From NCBI GenBank assembly GCA_049516035.1, contig JBEKTM010000004.1:1-56739 (forward strand): a stretch of 56,739 bases of DNA, in the 5' to 3' direction. Under the pieces are notes generated by a model, which did not search any database, was not told where the DNA came from, and worked only from the letters and a program-made list of their open reading frames with translations. Positions within the stretch are counted from its first letter, which is position 1; each line of letters begins with the position of its first letter. The position numbers were made by a program, and so were the translations under genes. Source of the stretch: Dehalococcoidia bacterium (GTDB lineage Bacteria > Chloroflexota > Dehalococcoidia > GIF9 > AB-539-J10). This document shows positions 8,684 to 20,637 of the stretch, in pieces.

Positions 8684-9859
8684 TTGAAACTACTTATAGT
8701 TTGCAGCACTATTGACCTGAAATACGGTATGGGAGCCACGCCATTTTGGTGGCAGCTATTCAAGGCTCTGCACGAAATGGGCAATGAGCTAATTGTTATT
8801 CCCTATCTTGGCTATCCTGTAAACTCGCTGTGGTGGCGAACTTATCCTAATCCCTGTGCCCGCGAGAGTATTTTATTCAATTCTTTCCTTGACCGGACAA
8901 GGGTGAGGGCGGTTGGTAGCCAGGGACATTTTTCTAATCTGAGTTCAGCTTTGGTCAAGAAATATATTCGGCCGAAATGGGAAAGGCATCTACTTAAAGT
9001 GCTGGACCAGGAAGGAGATGTGGATGCTGTCCTATTTTTCAACGCACCTTTAAATCATATGACAGGCATACCCACAAAGATTAAAACAAGAGCCGAGTTG
9101 CCCATTATTTATTATGATGGCGACCTGCCCACAAGTTTGCCTGACTATGCTGACACCGAGAGCTTCAAGTTTAGCCAATATCCCGGCGCCGACCTTGCTG
9201 AATACGATATCTTCCTCAGCAGTTCCAAGGGCGCTATTCCTATACTAAAGGAGATGGGAGCCAGAAATGTTGACGTTCTTTATTATGGCGTAGACCCAGA
9301 GCTATACTCTCCGATTCAAGTTGAGCAGGATATAGACATTTTCTATTATGGTCATCGGGGAAAAACAAAAGAGAGACGCATGGATTTTATGATTACCCAG
9401 CCATCTGAAGCCCTTCCCGATGTACATTTTCTGGTAGGTGGCAGGGAGCATGAAGTAGGACTGGGCCGAGCCAAGACCTGTGGCACACTCACTATCAGCG
9501 CCTGGAGAGGTTATTGCTGCCGGAGCAAGATAAATCTCAACATAACCAAGGAAATCGACGCTCAGATGTATGGCACATCCAGTGCCCGTCCTTTCGAACT
9601 AGCCTCGTTAGGCTGCTGTGTGGTTTCTGACCCGTATAATGGCCTTGAAGAGTGGTTTGAAGTCGGGAAAGAGATGTTTATGGTACATAATGCCGAGGAA
9701 GCCATAGAAACATACAAAATGCTCTTATCATCAGCCGAATTACGGCGAAGGACTGGGGAGGCAGCTCGAAGCAAAGTCCTTAAGGAGCATACTGCTCAAC
9801 ACAGGGCTAAACAGCTCATCAACCTCTTACAAGGATTGGAAGGGCATCAACATAGATGA
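8684..9859 (+). CDS. CgeB-family / GT1-like glycosyltransferase
   Basis: C-terminal part (SARPFELASLGCCVVSD...EEWFE.GKEM......EEAIE....LL) resembles the CgeB-type glycosyltransferase domain. TTG start. Confidence 0.55.
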   Translation: MKLLIVCSTIDLKYGMGATPFWWQLFKALHEMGNELIVIPYLGYPVNSLWWRTYPNPCARESILFNSFLDRTRVRAVGSQGHFSNLSSALVKKYIRPKWERHLLKVLDQEGDVDAVLFFNAPLNHMTGIPTKIKTRAELPIIYYDGDLPTSLPDYADTESFKFSQYPGADLAEYDIFLSSSKGAIPILKEMGARNVDVLYYGVDPELYSPIQVEQDIDIFYYGHRGKTKERRMDFMITQPSEALPDVHFLVGGREHEVGLGRAKTCGTLTISAWRGYCCRSKINLNITKEIDAQMYGTSSARPFELASLGCCVVSDPYNGLEEWFEVGKEMFMVHNAEEAIETYKMLLSSAELRRRTGEAARSKVLKEHTAQHRAKQLINLLQGLEGHQHR

Positions 9860-10974
9860 GGGTTGTGATAGTAAGAGCTGCCTTGGAAACAGTCAGCCCC
9901 AGAGGCCCCAAGGCTGCGCAGGTTTTGTCTTCTCATGGTCACAATGTCATTCTGTTAGGTTGGGACAGAGAATGCAAATACTCCAAGGTATCGCGCCAAG
10001 AACACTACGAAGCGCACAGGTTTAGATTCAGAGCACCTTTTGGCCCTAAGGTTCTCGCTTTCCTGCCTATCTGGTGGATGTTTGAATTACTGTGGCTGAT
10101 ACGGCACAAGTGGGACGTGGTCCAGGCTATGGATTTCGATACCATTATGCCCGCAGTGGTTGCTGCCAAAATAAAGAGGAAGAAGGTTATTTACGAAATA
10201 GCTGATATTTATTACAAATTGGTGAAACTTCCCGGGTGGTTTGCTTCAATATGTGTCTTTGTTGATAAGCTCTTTATCCGTTGTGCTGACGGCGTAGTGC
10301 TAGCCAGCGAAGGGGTAGTGAAGGAGCTACACGGAATCCCAAACAAGAATGTAGTTATAATTCTCAACTCCCCCCCTGACCTTTGTGGCGAACCGCAAGT
10401 TGCTGCGAAGGACAAGGATATATTTACCATATTCTATGCCGGCGCGCTTTTCAGGAGCCGTAAGTCAAATCTGGATAAGGTTTTCCAAGCCATCAAAAGC
10501 ATGGATAAAGTCAGGATGGTTGTAGCCGGGTATGGCGACGAAGTCGACCAAATCACCGCCTGGGCCAGTGAAGCAAAGGATAAAGTGCAGTTTTTGGGCA
10601 AGATCAGCTACAGTCAAGTCCTGGCTAAAACTGCTGAAGCTAACCTTCTGGTTGCGCTGTACGATCCGAGTGTCTACGTACACAGATGGGCTTACCCTAC
10701 GAAATTGTTTGAAGCTATGATGTGTGGTAAACCCATCCTCGTAAGCAAAGGCAGTGCCATGGCAGAGCTGGTGGATAAGGAGAACTGCGGTCTGGCGATT
10801 GACTGCCAGAGTGTTGAGGAGATAAAACAAGCCATAGCGAAGCTCAAACAGAATCCCAAATTGTGCGAGCTGCTAGGAGCTAATGGGAGGAAAGTGTACG
10901 AACGGGAATACAGTTGGCAGGTTATGGAGAAACGCCTGCTCTCACTATATTCGGCGATAGTCAGTAAATGCTAG
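9856..10974 (+). CDS. GT4 (GT-B) glycosyltransferase
   Basis: C-terminal E-x7-E-like region PTKLFEAMMCGKPILVSKGSAMAELVDKENCGLAI. ATGA overlap with the upstream gene. Confidence 0.8.
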   Translation: MRVVIVRAALETVSPRGPKAAQVLSSHGHNVILLGWDRECKYSKVSRQEHYEAHRFRFRAPFGPKVLAFLPIWWMFELLWLIRHKWDVVQAMDFDTIMPAVVAAKIKRKKVIYEIADIYYKLVKLPGWFASICVFVDKLFIRCADGVVLASEGVVKELHGIPNKNVVIILNSPPDLCGEPQVAAKDKDIFTIFYAGALFRSRKSNLDKVFQAIKSMDKVRMVVAGYGDEVDQITAWASEAKDKVQFLGKISYSQVLAKTAEANLLVALYDPSVYVHRWAYPTKLFEAMMCGKPILVSKGSAMAELVDKENCGLAIDCQSVEEIKQAIAKLKQNPKLCELLGANGRKVYEREYSWQVMEKRLLSLYSAIVSKC

Positions 10975-10978
10975 GCAG

Positions 10979-12103
10979 ATGAAGATTTGCTACATAGCTG
11001 GTGGTACGAGCATACATACTCAAAGGTGGATAAACTACTTCGCCAGGAAGGGGCACGAAGTCCACTTGATCTCGTATTTGTTCCCTGCAAACTACGATGG
11101 ATTTGACACTCGGGTGCAGATTCACCCACTGGTTGTTTTGCTTCCTAGGGTGTGGAAGGTTTCGCGATACTTTAGCGGTAGTCTCTGGACATTCCAGGTC
11201 TGCAGGATGGTGAACAGAATAAAGCCGGATATTCTGCATTCGCATTACGTAACGACTTATGGGTATCTGGGGGCTATTTCCGGCTTCCACCCGCTGGTTG
11301 TTAGTGCCTGGGGCAGTGATGTATTGATTGCCCCAAAACAAAGTAGGATCCATCGATTTCTCACTACGTATAGCCTGAGGAAAGCGGACGTTATAACTTG
11401 CGGTGGAGAGAATACGAAGGAGGAAATGATAAAACTAGGCACAAACGCGGAGAAAATTAGGCTTATTTACCACGGCGTGGATACACAGAAATTCAATCCG
11501 AAAAGGAGAGAGCAAGAACTTAGGGACGAACTAGGATTATTTGAGTCGCCCATCATAATATCTGTTAGAATGTTGGAGCCACTCTATGATGTAGAGTCAC
11601 TGGTCAAAGCTATGCCTCTAGTTATCGAACAAGCTCCTAAGACGAAGCTGATTATCGCTGGTGAGGGCGAGCAGAGGGATTACCTGGAAAACTTGGCCAG
11701 GGGTCTAGGAATTTCAAGCACAGTTAGGTTTGTGGGACAGATAGCGCACGATGAGCTACCTAAATATCTCGCCTCAGCCGACGTCTATGTATCCACATCA
11801 CTCTCAGACAATGGCATCGCTGTTAGCACCTTAGAGGCAATGGCATCCGAATTGCCTGTTGTGATCACCGATTGTGCGGACATTAAAAAATGGATAACGG
11901 ATGGAGAGGATGGTTTCATAGTTCCGGTGAAAACCCCTGAAGCTATAGCAGCTAAGGTCATTTATCTGCTTGAAAATGAAGATACAAGAGTGAAGTTCGG
12001 AAGGCTTGCGAGAGAGGTAGTAGAAAACAGGGCAGATTATGAAGAGGAGATGCTTAAGGTGGAAAAGCTTTACCAACAACTTATAGATGGGGGTGAAAAG
12101 TGA
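10979..12103 (+). CDS. GT4 (GT-B) glycosyltransferase
   Basis: MKICYIAGG...; VSTSLSDNGIAVSTLEAMASELPVVITDCADIKKWITDGEDGFIV, typical of the GT4 C-terminal domain. Confidence 0.8.
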   Translation: MKICYIAGGTSIHTQRWINYFARKGHEVHLISYLFPANYDGFDTRVQIHPLVVLLPRVWKVSRYFSGSLWTFQVCRMVNRIKPDILHSHYVTTYGYLGAISGFHPLVVSAWGSDVLIAPKQSRIHRFLTTYSLRKADVITCGGENTKEEMIKLGTNAEKIRLIYHGVDTQKFNPKRREQELRDELGLFESPIIISVRMLEPLYDVESLVKAMPLVIEQAPKTKLIIAGEGEQRDYLENLARGLGISSTVRFVGQIAHDELPKYLASADVYVSTSLSDNGIAVSTLEAMASELPVVITDCADIKKWITDGEDGFIVPVKTPEAIAAKVIYLLENEDTRVKFGRLAREVVENRADYEEEMLKVEKLYQQLIDGGEK

Positions 12104-12612
12104 AGATTCTAATAACTGGGGGGCTGGGTTCATCGGATTTGGTAAACGACAAGAATGAGTGAATTCGAAGGCAAATTTACCCCGGGAGGGCATGGAGCGA
12201 AATGGTCAGGAATAAGAGAATTCTCATAACTGGAGGAGGTGGATTCATAGGCACGTCACTGGCTGAGAGATTGGCTAAAGACAATGATGTTGTCTTCTAG
12301 ACATTGACTTTGATCACAATGCGTTCGCATTCTCAGACTTAAAGAACAAGAAAAATGTCACTTTGATCAAGGCAGACATTCTAGATTCCCAGGCATTTGC
12401 AGAAGTCGCCCAAGATGCTCAAATAGCGGCACATACAGCTGCCTTGCTAGGTGTTCGGGAGGTTATTCAAAATGCGTTGTACACGTTAGATGTCAATTAT
12501 ATTGGAACATCCAATCTGTTGAAGATAGTTTTGCGTAATTCACGTTGCGAGCGGTTAGTCTTTTTCTCAACAAGTGAAATTCTCGGTTCAAATGCGTTTA
12601 GAATTGCCGGGG
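12100..12612 (+). pseudogene. Fragments of NAD-dependent sugar epimerase/dehydratase gene(s): two N-terminal Rossmann stubs, frameshifted and truncated
   Basis: VKILITGGLGSS..stop (12100-12162). Then MVRNKRILITGGGGFIGTSLAERLAKDNDVVF-stop (from about 12204), continuing after a frameshift near 12297 as DIDFDHNAFAFSDLKNKKNVTLIKADILD...STSEILGSNAF and breaking off. Confidence 0.75.
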
Positions 12613-13096
12613 ATGGTATCCTTAGACACAAAGTGGAGGAAGAGGCAAAACATAATCCTGACATCCTGTTTTTAGGGTGGCAGAATGATGAGCGACTGGC
12701 GGAGCTGTCACAATCGCCGGTATAGTGGTGATTCAGAGCGTAGTGCCAGAAGAGGGTCCTCTTGTAGCTGAGGAAGCAATGCAGTCTAATAAGCCAATAA
12801 TAGGCTTTGGTGTAAGGGGTTGAGAGAGGTGCTGGAGGAATATCCACAAGGCATCGTGGTTGATGAGCTTAGTGTTGCTTCACTGGTGGAAGCCATACAG
12901 CGACTTACTGCCAAAGCTCCTATTGGATAACCCTGTCCGAGGCTTGATTGCCGAAAATATCGTCAGGGCCGTGAATGGCCCCAACCTGGAGCAAATCGCC
13001 CGCAATGCCCGGGCTCTGGTGGAGAGGGAGTTCACCCACGAGGCAGCAGTGGAGGGGTATAGAAGAATACTGGAAAACCTGAGGCAGAGAGACTAG
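12613..13096 (+). pseudogene. C-terminal remnant of a GT4 glycosyltransferase (frameshifts and in-frame stop)
   Basis: Fragments ...NPDILFLGWQNDERLAELSQS, then VIQSVVPEEGPLVAEEAMQSNKPIIGFGVRG-stop, then ...LLDNPVRGLIAENIVRAV...ARALVEREFTHEAAVEGYRRILENL in different frames together recapitulate a GT4 C-terminal domain. Confidence 0.7.
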
Positions 13097-13267
13097 GCTA
13101 GAGGAGATAGCATGTTGCAACTGACGTGGGTGGCAATCCAGGTTCCCGCAAGCCACCTTGTGAGACAACGGGACTAATATAGCGATCTTCCGCCTTTCTG
13201 CCTAGTAAACAGCAACGCATGGCTAAATGGATTTCTGCACAGGACTTCATTCCAGGCATGGTCTTAC

Positions 13268-13801
13268 TTACTTCGTTGCCTCCACATTAAGGCTTATTAG
13301 AATACCACGCTCTTTGTCCATGTGAGGAATATAAGCCTGAGAATAATCATCGTAGTCTTTATGAATGGTCTGCCGCCAGTCGTATCTGTGAATATCTTTA
13401 AACCCCGCTTTTTGCAAAACTTCTGATAAATAGGGATAATCAAATACCACATAATGTGTATTTTCGGGATAGTCCTGCCTGCCGACTAACGGGCCCATAA
13501 TCAATTTTAAATCTTTCGTTTTCAGATAAACTTCAGCCAATTTTTCAAAATCGGGGACAGCAAGCCGAAGAATACCACCAACTTTTAACACGCGATGCCA
13601 CTCCTTCAAAACATGCTCTATTTGTTGCCTTCCGAAATGCTCAAGAACATGACAACTGTAAATCAGGTCCACCGAGTTGTCATCGAACATATCTAGCTTA
13701 TCCGCTGAAGTCACATAATCCACATGAGGCAGTTTCCTTACATCAATATGGACAAAACCAGGGATATACCTATTTCCACAGCCGATGTGGAGTTTTTTCA
13801 T
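13268..13801 (-). CDS. Class I SAM-dependent methyltransferase
   Basis: KLHIGCGNRYIPGF (motif I-like), DLIYSCHVLEHF, LKVGGILRLAVPDF. Confidence 0.8.
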   Translation of the reverse strand: MKKLHIGCGNRYIPGFVHIDVRKLPHVDYVTSADKLDMFDDNSVDLIYSCHVLEHFGRQQIEHVLKEWHRVLKVGGILRLAVPDFEKLAEVYLKTKDLKLIMGPLVGRQDYPENTHYVVFDYPYLSEVLQKAGFKDIHRYDWRQTIHKDYDDYSQAYIPHMDKERGILISLNVEATK

Positions 13802-13803
13802 AG

Positions 13804-15820
<2,017 letters not shown>

Positions 15821-15821
<1 letters not shown>

Positions 15822-17038
15822 TATTCAACCTCCGAACGTTCCTTGGTGCTATTATCTGGCACTCTAAGACCCAGCAGATTAACGCCATTTCGCTTAAGCG
15901 TCTCCATCAAGTCCACCTCAAACTGCTCCACGAATCTCTCCCTAGTAAAAGGCTGATACTCCGCAGAGGATAGATACTCCCTAACAGCCATTCTAAACGA
16001 GGAAATATCCTCGTCGGATAAATTCGAGAGATAGGAATGCAGCTCGGCGTAGTTATCAAAATCACGCATATCTATGAAGCAACTCTTCGGCATGTAATTC
16101 TCAACATCAGGGGCACCCAGATAAATTGGAATGGTGCCAACAAAAAAACAATCAAATATCTTTTCCGTTATGAAGCCAGGCATTGCCATATTTTCAAAGC
16201 AAAGGGAGAATTTATACCGGCTCAATGTCTCGTATTTCGATTTCACTGCACCCTTGTAAATCGCTCTTAATGCCTTCCTGTTCTTCCAATACATATATGG
16301 GAAGCTCTGACTATAAGGCATTTTACGCAAAATTTGATATAAAGATATATCCCAACCGTAGCCATAAAGATTAACTGTTCCGAGACCTTGAAGTGTGACC
16401 AATGCCCGTATTCTCTCAGAATAAAGCTCACTGTCTTTTAACCCAGAATTTTTGTTGAGGGAAATCTTAAAACCGATAGGATTTTGCCCCCTGCTCACTT
16501 GCAAATAAGGGGATGCTGTTTTGTTTGAGCTGATCATGGTGAGAAAGCCTCTGCCTTTATTATTCCAGAGAGGCTCTATGACCCCATTTTCAACCTGTGG
16601 CCAGAAGAATTTCCGCAAATTCGATTGATGGCTAAAATGTCTTTCGTATCCCACCCCTTGTGTATTGTGGACATAAACCCTGTCAAAGCACCTCGTTAGA
16701 CCACCTATTTCACGATAAAGATGTGGGGCGACAACTGGTGGTTCCAAGATGTAAAACGACTGTAAGCGCACGTTTTTCTGTCCTGCCAACTTCCCGTAAT
16801 TGTCTATTATTCCTAGTGAGACATAGACGTTCAGTCTTCCCGACATCCTATGGTCGAGCAAATAGTCAGCCGTATTAACGGAGATTCCTTGCTTAGCGAG
16901 TTTTTCCCTCAGAAAGATGAACGGGGCAAATTGTCCATCTCGGTTCCACCTAGATGTTGGGTTAAACATCTCATTATCGTAGAATACCGAGTACGAAGGA
17001 TCAATAAATACCATTACCTCCTTCGGCGACAGATTCAT
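15821..17038 (-). CDS. GT10-family alpha-1,3/4-fucosyltransferase-like glycosyltransferase
   Basis: Contains [32 protein letters not shown], matching the GT10 signature FxLxFENxxxxxYxTEK. Immediately downstream of the gmd-fcl pair on the same strand. Confidence 0.75.
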
Positions 17039-17047
17039 ACAAATCTC

Positions 17048-17833
17048 CTATTTTCTCAGAACAGCATCTCCCTTTTTCTGGAAATATTTTAGAAGCTCCC
17101 AGTTATTTCCCAAGGGGCTAAATTCTTTCAGTTCCTTCCTCGAGAGAATCATCAGTATTTGCTCTCCGCTATCATTTTTATAAATATTCTCTTCAGGCCA
17201 GGGAAAGTCACATTCCTGGGATATTTTAGTTATGTCGTCAAAGAAGTTGTGACCTGTCCAATTTTCCATCAGAACGATATAATTCGATATATTTAACATA
17301 TTTTTTAGAGCCTGAATATGTCTATTTCCTCGCCTGATATGCATCAGTACAGCCTGCGTATAAACTAAATCAACTTTTCCAAAAGTATTCAATATATCCT
17401 TCTTGGTAACATCTGCAACTGCCAATTTGCAAATATTCTTAAGGTCAGGATGCCGGGAAAGAAGAAAATCAATCTGGTTCTGGGATATATCCACACCGTA
17501 AAATTCTGCTTCAGGAAGCAAAAGGTGTAAATTATGGATATGGTCTCCACCTCCCACGCCGACTTCTAAAATAGACTTCGGATTCAAATGATAGATTGTC
17601 TCATAGAGTAATTGGTGATTCGGATTCAATGGCAACAGCATGGGGTTCAATAGGATTTTTCCTTCGATTATTTGATAGTCGTCTTTAGATAATACCAGCG
17701 TAAACTCATTGGTAATATCCGTTACTTGACGTTTATATGCCATATGATATTTCCGCCAATTAAAATCATCAACCTTGTAAAAGCGACTATACTTATTGAT
17801 TATGAATCTAACAACATCCTCTATAATCCTCAT
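17048..17833 (-). CDS. Class I SAM-dependent methyltransferase
   Basis: ILEVGVGGGDHIHNL motif I. Start moved to ATG 17833 because AAAGGAGGG lies about 10 nt upstream (the ORF-track start at 17908 has no RBS). Confidence 0.75.
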   Translation of the reverse strand: MRIIEDVVRFIINKYSRFYKVDDFNWRKYHMAYKRQVTDITNEFTLVLSKDDYQIIEGKILLNPMLLPLNPNHQLLYETIYHLNPKSILEVGVGGGDHIHNLHLLLPEAEFYGVDISQNQIDFLLSRHPDLKNICKLAVADVTKKDILNTFGKVDLVYTQAVLMHIRRGNRHIQALKNMLNISNYIVLMENWTGHNFFDDITKISQECDFPWPEENIYKNDSGEQILMILSRKELKEFSPLGNNWELLKYFQKKGDAVLRK

Positions 17834-17853
17834 TTTTATAGTACACCCTCCTT

Positions 17854-18039
17854 TTAAAGTTTTCTCAAAGACAAACATAGCTTGTGGGGGTGGATATCCT
17901 TGCCCCACAAATTTTTATATAAATCTCCTTTCCCATGCATATAGTAACAAATGCAAACTCCTTCCCATATCCTGTCCTCATAATAATACTCTGATGAAGG
18001 GTGAATAAACACCATTACATCTTTAGCCAGGATATTCAT
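17854..18039 (-). pseudogene. N-terminal remnant of a second GT10 fucosyltransferase-like gene
   Basis: MNILAKDVMVFIHPSSEYYYEDRIWEG parallels the N terminus of the 405-aa GT10 protein ([27 protein letters not shown]), then diverges and stops after 61 aa. Confidence 0.55.
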
Positions 18040-19073
18040 ATGACCCTCCGATCCAACCTGCGCATCAACCAGCGGAGGCTCTTTGCGATGTATGGTCCAA
18101 AATGACCTGAGCCTAGGAGCAGAATGCCGCAGAGCCAGAAAGCCACAGTCCTTGGCCGGCCAATGCTCTGCATAGCGCCTCGGAACGCTCTCATGGAAAG
18201 AGACTCTCTCAACAACCTTCTAGCCTCCGCTGACTCTCCCTTATTCAGGTGACTTATGGCTCGTATTATCTTATCCAGGCTTCGCTGGAATTCATACTTA
18301 TTCAGAATGCTGCGGGGAATATCTAAGACTCCGGATTCGACTGACAGGTGGTAGTCCATTACCTTGAAAAAATCTGCCTCCTCGGTGCGAAAGAACCTGA
18401 ACTGATAGCTACCATGCGTAGTGCTAACCCGATAGCTCATCAATTTTTCATCCAAAACAGCAATAGGTCCTTTTTTTAAAATTCGCAACCACATGTCTAA
18501 ATCTGCCGATGTTCCAAATCTGTCTCCATCAAAAGGTGCTAAGTCCTTGTACAGTTTGCCTCTGACCATGCAGCTTGGAGTCACCAAGAAATTCCCGTTC
18601 TCCAAGATACCGAAAAATATCTCAGGGAAATGGTGAACTCTCTTGCCCCTTAGTTCGGCTGGCAATATGCTCTCTCCGATTATTTCATCTCGATCATTGA
18701 TGCGGCTGGCCATGGTAAACACACTACCCACGGCTGGATTGTCCTGAAAAGCTTGTACCTGCTTTTCCACCATATTTGGTAGATACAGATCATCAGCATG
18801 AAATATAGCAATATATTCGCCAGTGGCCAATTGAACGCATTTGCTAAAATTTGCTTCGGCACCAATATTCCTTTCATTCCTGTGGATGACCACTCTGGGG
18901 TCATTAACTTGCCGTAATAGACTCAGGGTATTATCCGTTGAGGCATTATCCACAACAAGTATCTCTAAGTTATGATAAGTCTGATTAAGAATACTTCCGA
19001 TAGTGTGCATGATGGTCTTTTCGGCATTGTAAGTCGGGATGCAGATGCTTACCAATGGCTGATGATATAGCAT
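18036..19073 (-). CDS. GT2 glycosyltransferase
   Basis: VSICIPTYNAEKTI...LEILVVDNASTDNT...HADD, GT-A family 2 motifs. Confidence 0.85.
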   Translation of the reverse strand: MLYHQPLVSICIPTYNAEKTIMHTIGSILNQTYHNLEILVVDNASTDNTLSLLRQVNDPRVVIHRNERNIGAEANFSKCVQLATGEYIAIFHADDLYLPNMVEKQVQAFQDNPAVGSVFTMASRINDRDEIIGESILPAELRGKRVHHFPEIFFGILENGNFLVTPSCMVRGKLYKDLAPFDGDRFGTSADLDMWLRILKKGPIAVLDEKLMSYRVSTTHGSYQFRFFRTEEADFFKVMDYHLSVESGVLDIPRSILNKYEFQRSLDKIIRAISHLNKGESAEARRLLRESLSMRAFRGAMQSIGRPRTVAFWLCGILLLGSGHFGPYIAKSLRWLMRRLDRRVI

Positions 19074-19086
19074 CTTGTCGCCTGAA

Positions 19087-20592
19087 CTACCCTCTTTGCT
19101 TTATTTTAACACTATTAAGCCAGCGAGTCGCCATCAAATATTGTACCGCTGCCAAATAGCTGCCAGCGATCACTAGTACCACGATTGCTTGAACATAGGT
19201 GGGCTGCCCAATAAGTGGATTAATACCTATAAGAAGGCCAACCAATAAAGGGGCAGAAAGGGCAATCGAAATAAATATGCGCCGCCAGGGAAGGCTAAAA
19301 GCAACCTCTTTATGTAACCTGATGCCAAGGTAAAGTAACATTGCAAATCCTGCTATCGTAAGGGCTATGCCTGTCCCTACCTGGGGGTCCCATTGTGTTA
19401 AGGCAAGAACTCCTCCCAAGGCAACAGCGGCACCGGTTATACTGGGGAGGATAAGCCAGGTTGTTTTCATCTCGGCATGAGCCATCATCGAGAAACCGCG
19501 TGCCAGCAGGCAGAAAAGCTCAGCGAGCCCCCCCCAGAGGATGAACCGGCCAGCTTCATGAAATTGTGGCGCTACTAATAGCTTGATCAGATAAGGAGTA
19601 CACGCAATAATGAACGCAGTCATTACAAGAGCACCAGGAAACAGATAAGCAGCAAACCTATTCCAGGAAGTCTTCCTGCCTTCTAAGTCTGCGGTTGAAA
19701 CCTCTTTATAGAAAATGGGGAGGTAATACTGGTCAAAGATGGATTCAAAAACTGCTGTAATTGAAGCAGCAATGCCATAGCCGACGGCAAAAAGTCCAAG
19801 TGCTTCAAGTCCCCCAAAATGACTAAGGACAAATCGATACGACTGTGACTGTACCCAACTTAGGCCGGCAACGATTGCCAGGGGCCAGGCGAAGTGAAGC
19901 GGTGGCAACATCGTGCTAAATTTAGGTATGCTTGGCAATCCAGGCCTGGGTTCATTCCTTGAACGGTTTAAGCTCGTTGTCAGATAGCGGTAAGATAGGA
20001 AGAAGATCAAAAACTGCGCAAGAATCACGCCTGCTAACCAATACTCAGCCTGGGCGTTTATCTTGCTTGTAAAAAAGAATGATAGCCCCAAACCCACCCA
20101 GAGGGTTAAAAGGGTAAAAATAACAAACCAGATGCGGTTGCCCAGAAAATTTAAGATTGTTGTTACGGTAACATTAGCTGTATTAAATAATAGGCCTCCG
20201 GCTACCAAGGCCAACAGCCATAACCAAGTAATATCTATACCGAGACCTACAGTGCTTTTTAGCAACAGAAGGACAAAAAAGGCAAACAAGGCAACGCCAA
20301 GGAGGTATAACCAGAAAAGATGTAGATTCTTTTGTATTGTCCCACTTCGGTGCCACTCATGTGTTTTCCGATTGATGTACATTCCCACAGGGTTTATAAG
20401 CAGAAGGGCGAAGAAAGCTGACAAGCTGAGCAGGATATAATATCGGCCTGCTTCTTCGGGAGGTAATAAAGAGGTTAGTAGACGAATCGCCACGAGCCCG
20501 GTAACGGCCTGCAAGCCCTGGCCAAGCATAATGGTGATGAGATCCCGGCGCTCTTTGCCTGCCCACAAACTGACAATTTCGTTTACTTTCAT
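19087..20592 (-). CDS. Wzx-like oligosaccharide/polysaccharide flippase (MOP superfamily), polytopic membrane protein
   Basis: 501 aa, hydrophobic throughout (roughly 12-14 predicted helices by eye). Position inside the glycan cluster. Confidence 0.65.
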   Translation of the reverse strand: MKVNEIVSLWAGKERRDLITIMLGQGLQAVTGLVAIRLLTSLLPPEEAGRYYILLSLSAFFALLLINPVGMYINRKTHEWHRSGTIQKNLHLFWLYLLGVALFAFFVLLLLKSTVGLGIDITWLWLLALVAGGLLFNTANVTVTTILNFLGNRIWFVIFTLLTLWVGLGLSFFFTSKINAQAEYWLAGVILAQFLIFFLSYRYLTTSLNRSRNEPRPGLPSIPKFSTMLPPLHFAWPLAIVAGLSWVQSQSYRFVLSHFGGLEALGLFAVGYGIAASITAVFESIFDQYYLPIFYKEVSTADLEGRKTSWNRFAAYLFPGALVMTAFIIACTPYLIKLLVAPQFHEAGRFILWGGLAELFCLLARGFSMMAHAEMKTTWLILPSITGAAVALGGVLALTQWDPQVGTGIALTIAGFAMLLYLGIRLHKEVAFSLPWRRIFISIALSAPLLVGLLIGINPLIGQPTYVQAIVVLVIAGSYLAAVQYLMATRWLNSVKIKQRG

Positions 20593-20637
20593 TCTCTCTC
20601 AGTCCGGATGTGTTGGTTTGAAACCCCTAAAGCTTAT

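Noticed and set aside
12363-13096. ORFs 12363-12725 and 12860-13096 as intact genes
   Set aside because: The first is a chimera of an epimerase middle segment and a glycosyltransferase segment. The second is only the last ~70 residues of a GT4 domain. Both are treated as pseudogene fragments.
13128-13157. Hairpin GGGTGGC-N17-GCCACC between the two convergent arms as an intrinsic terminator or another repeat copy
   Set aside because: The stem is only 6-7 bp with a 17-nt loop and no following T-tract. Its resemblance to the repeat family (GTGGCAATCC) is too weak to call.
17834-17908. Longer start (17908) for the methyltransferase at 17048
   Set aside because: The extension MGQGYPPPQAMFVFEKTLKGGCTIK has no RBS, whereas ATG 17833 is preceded by AAAGGAGGG. 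The extension overlaps the fucosyltransferase-like stub region.
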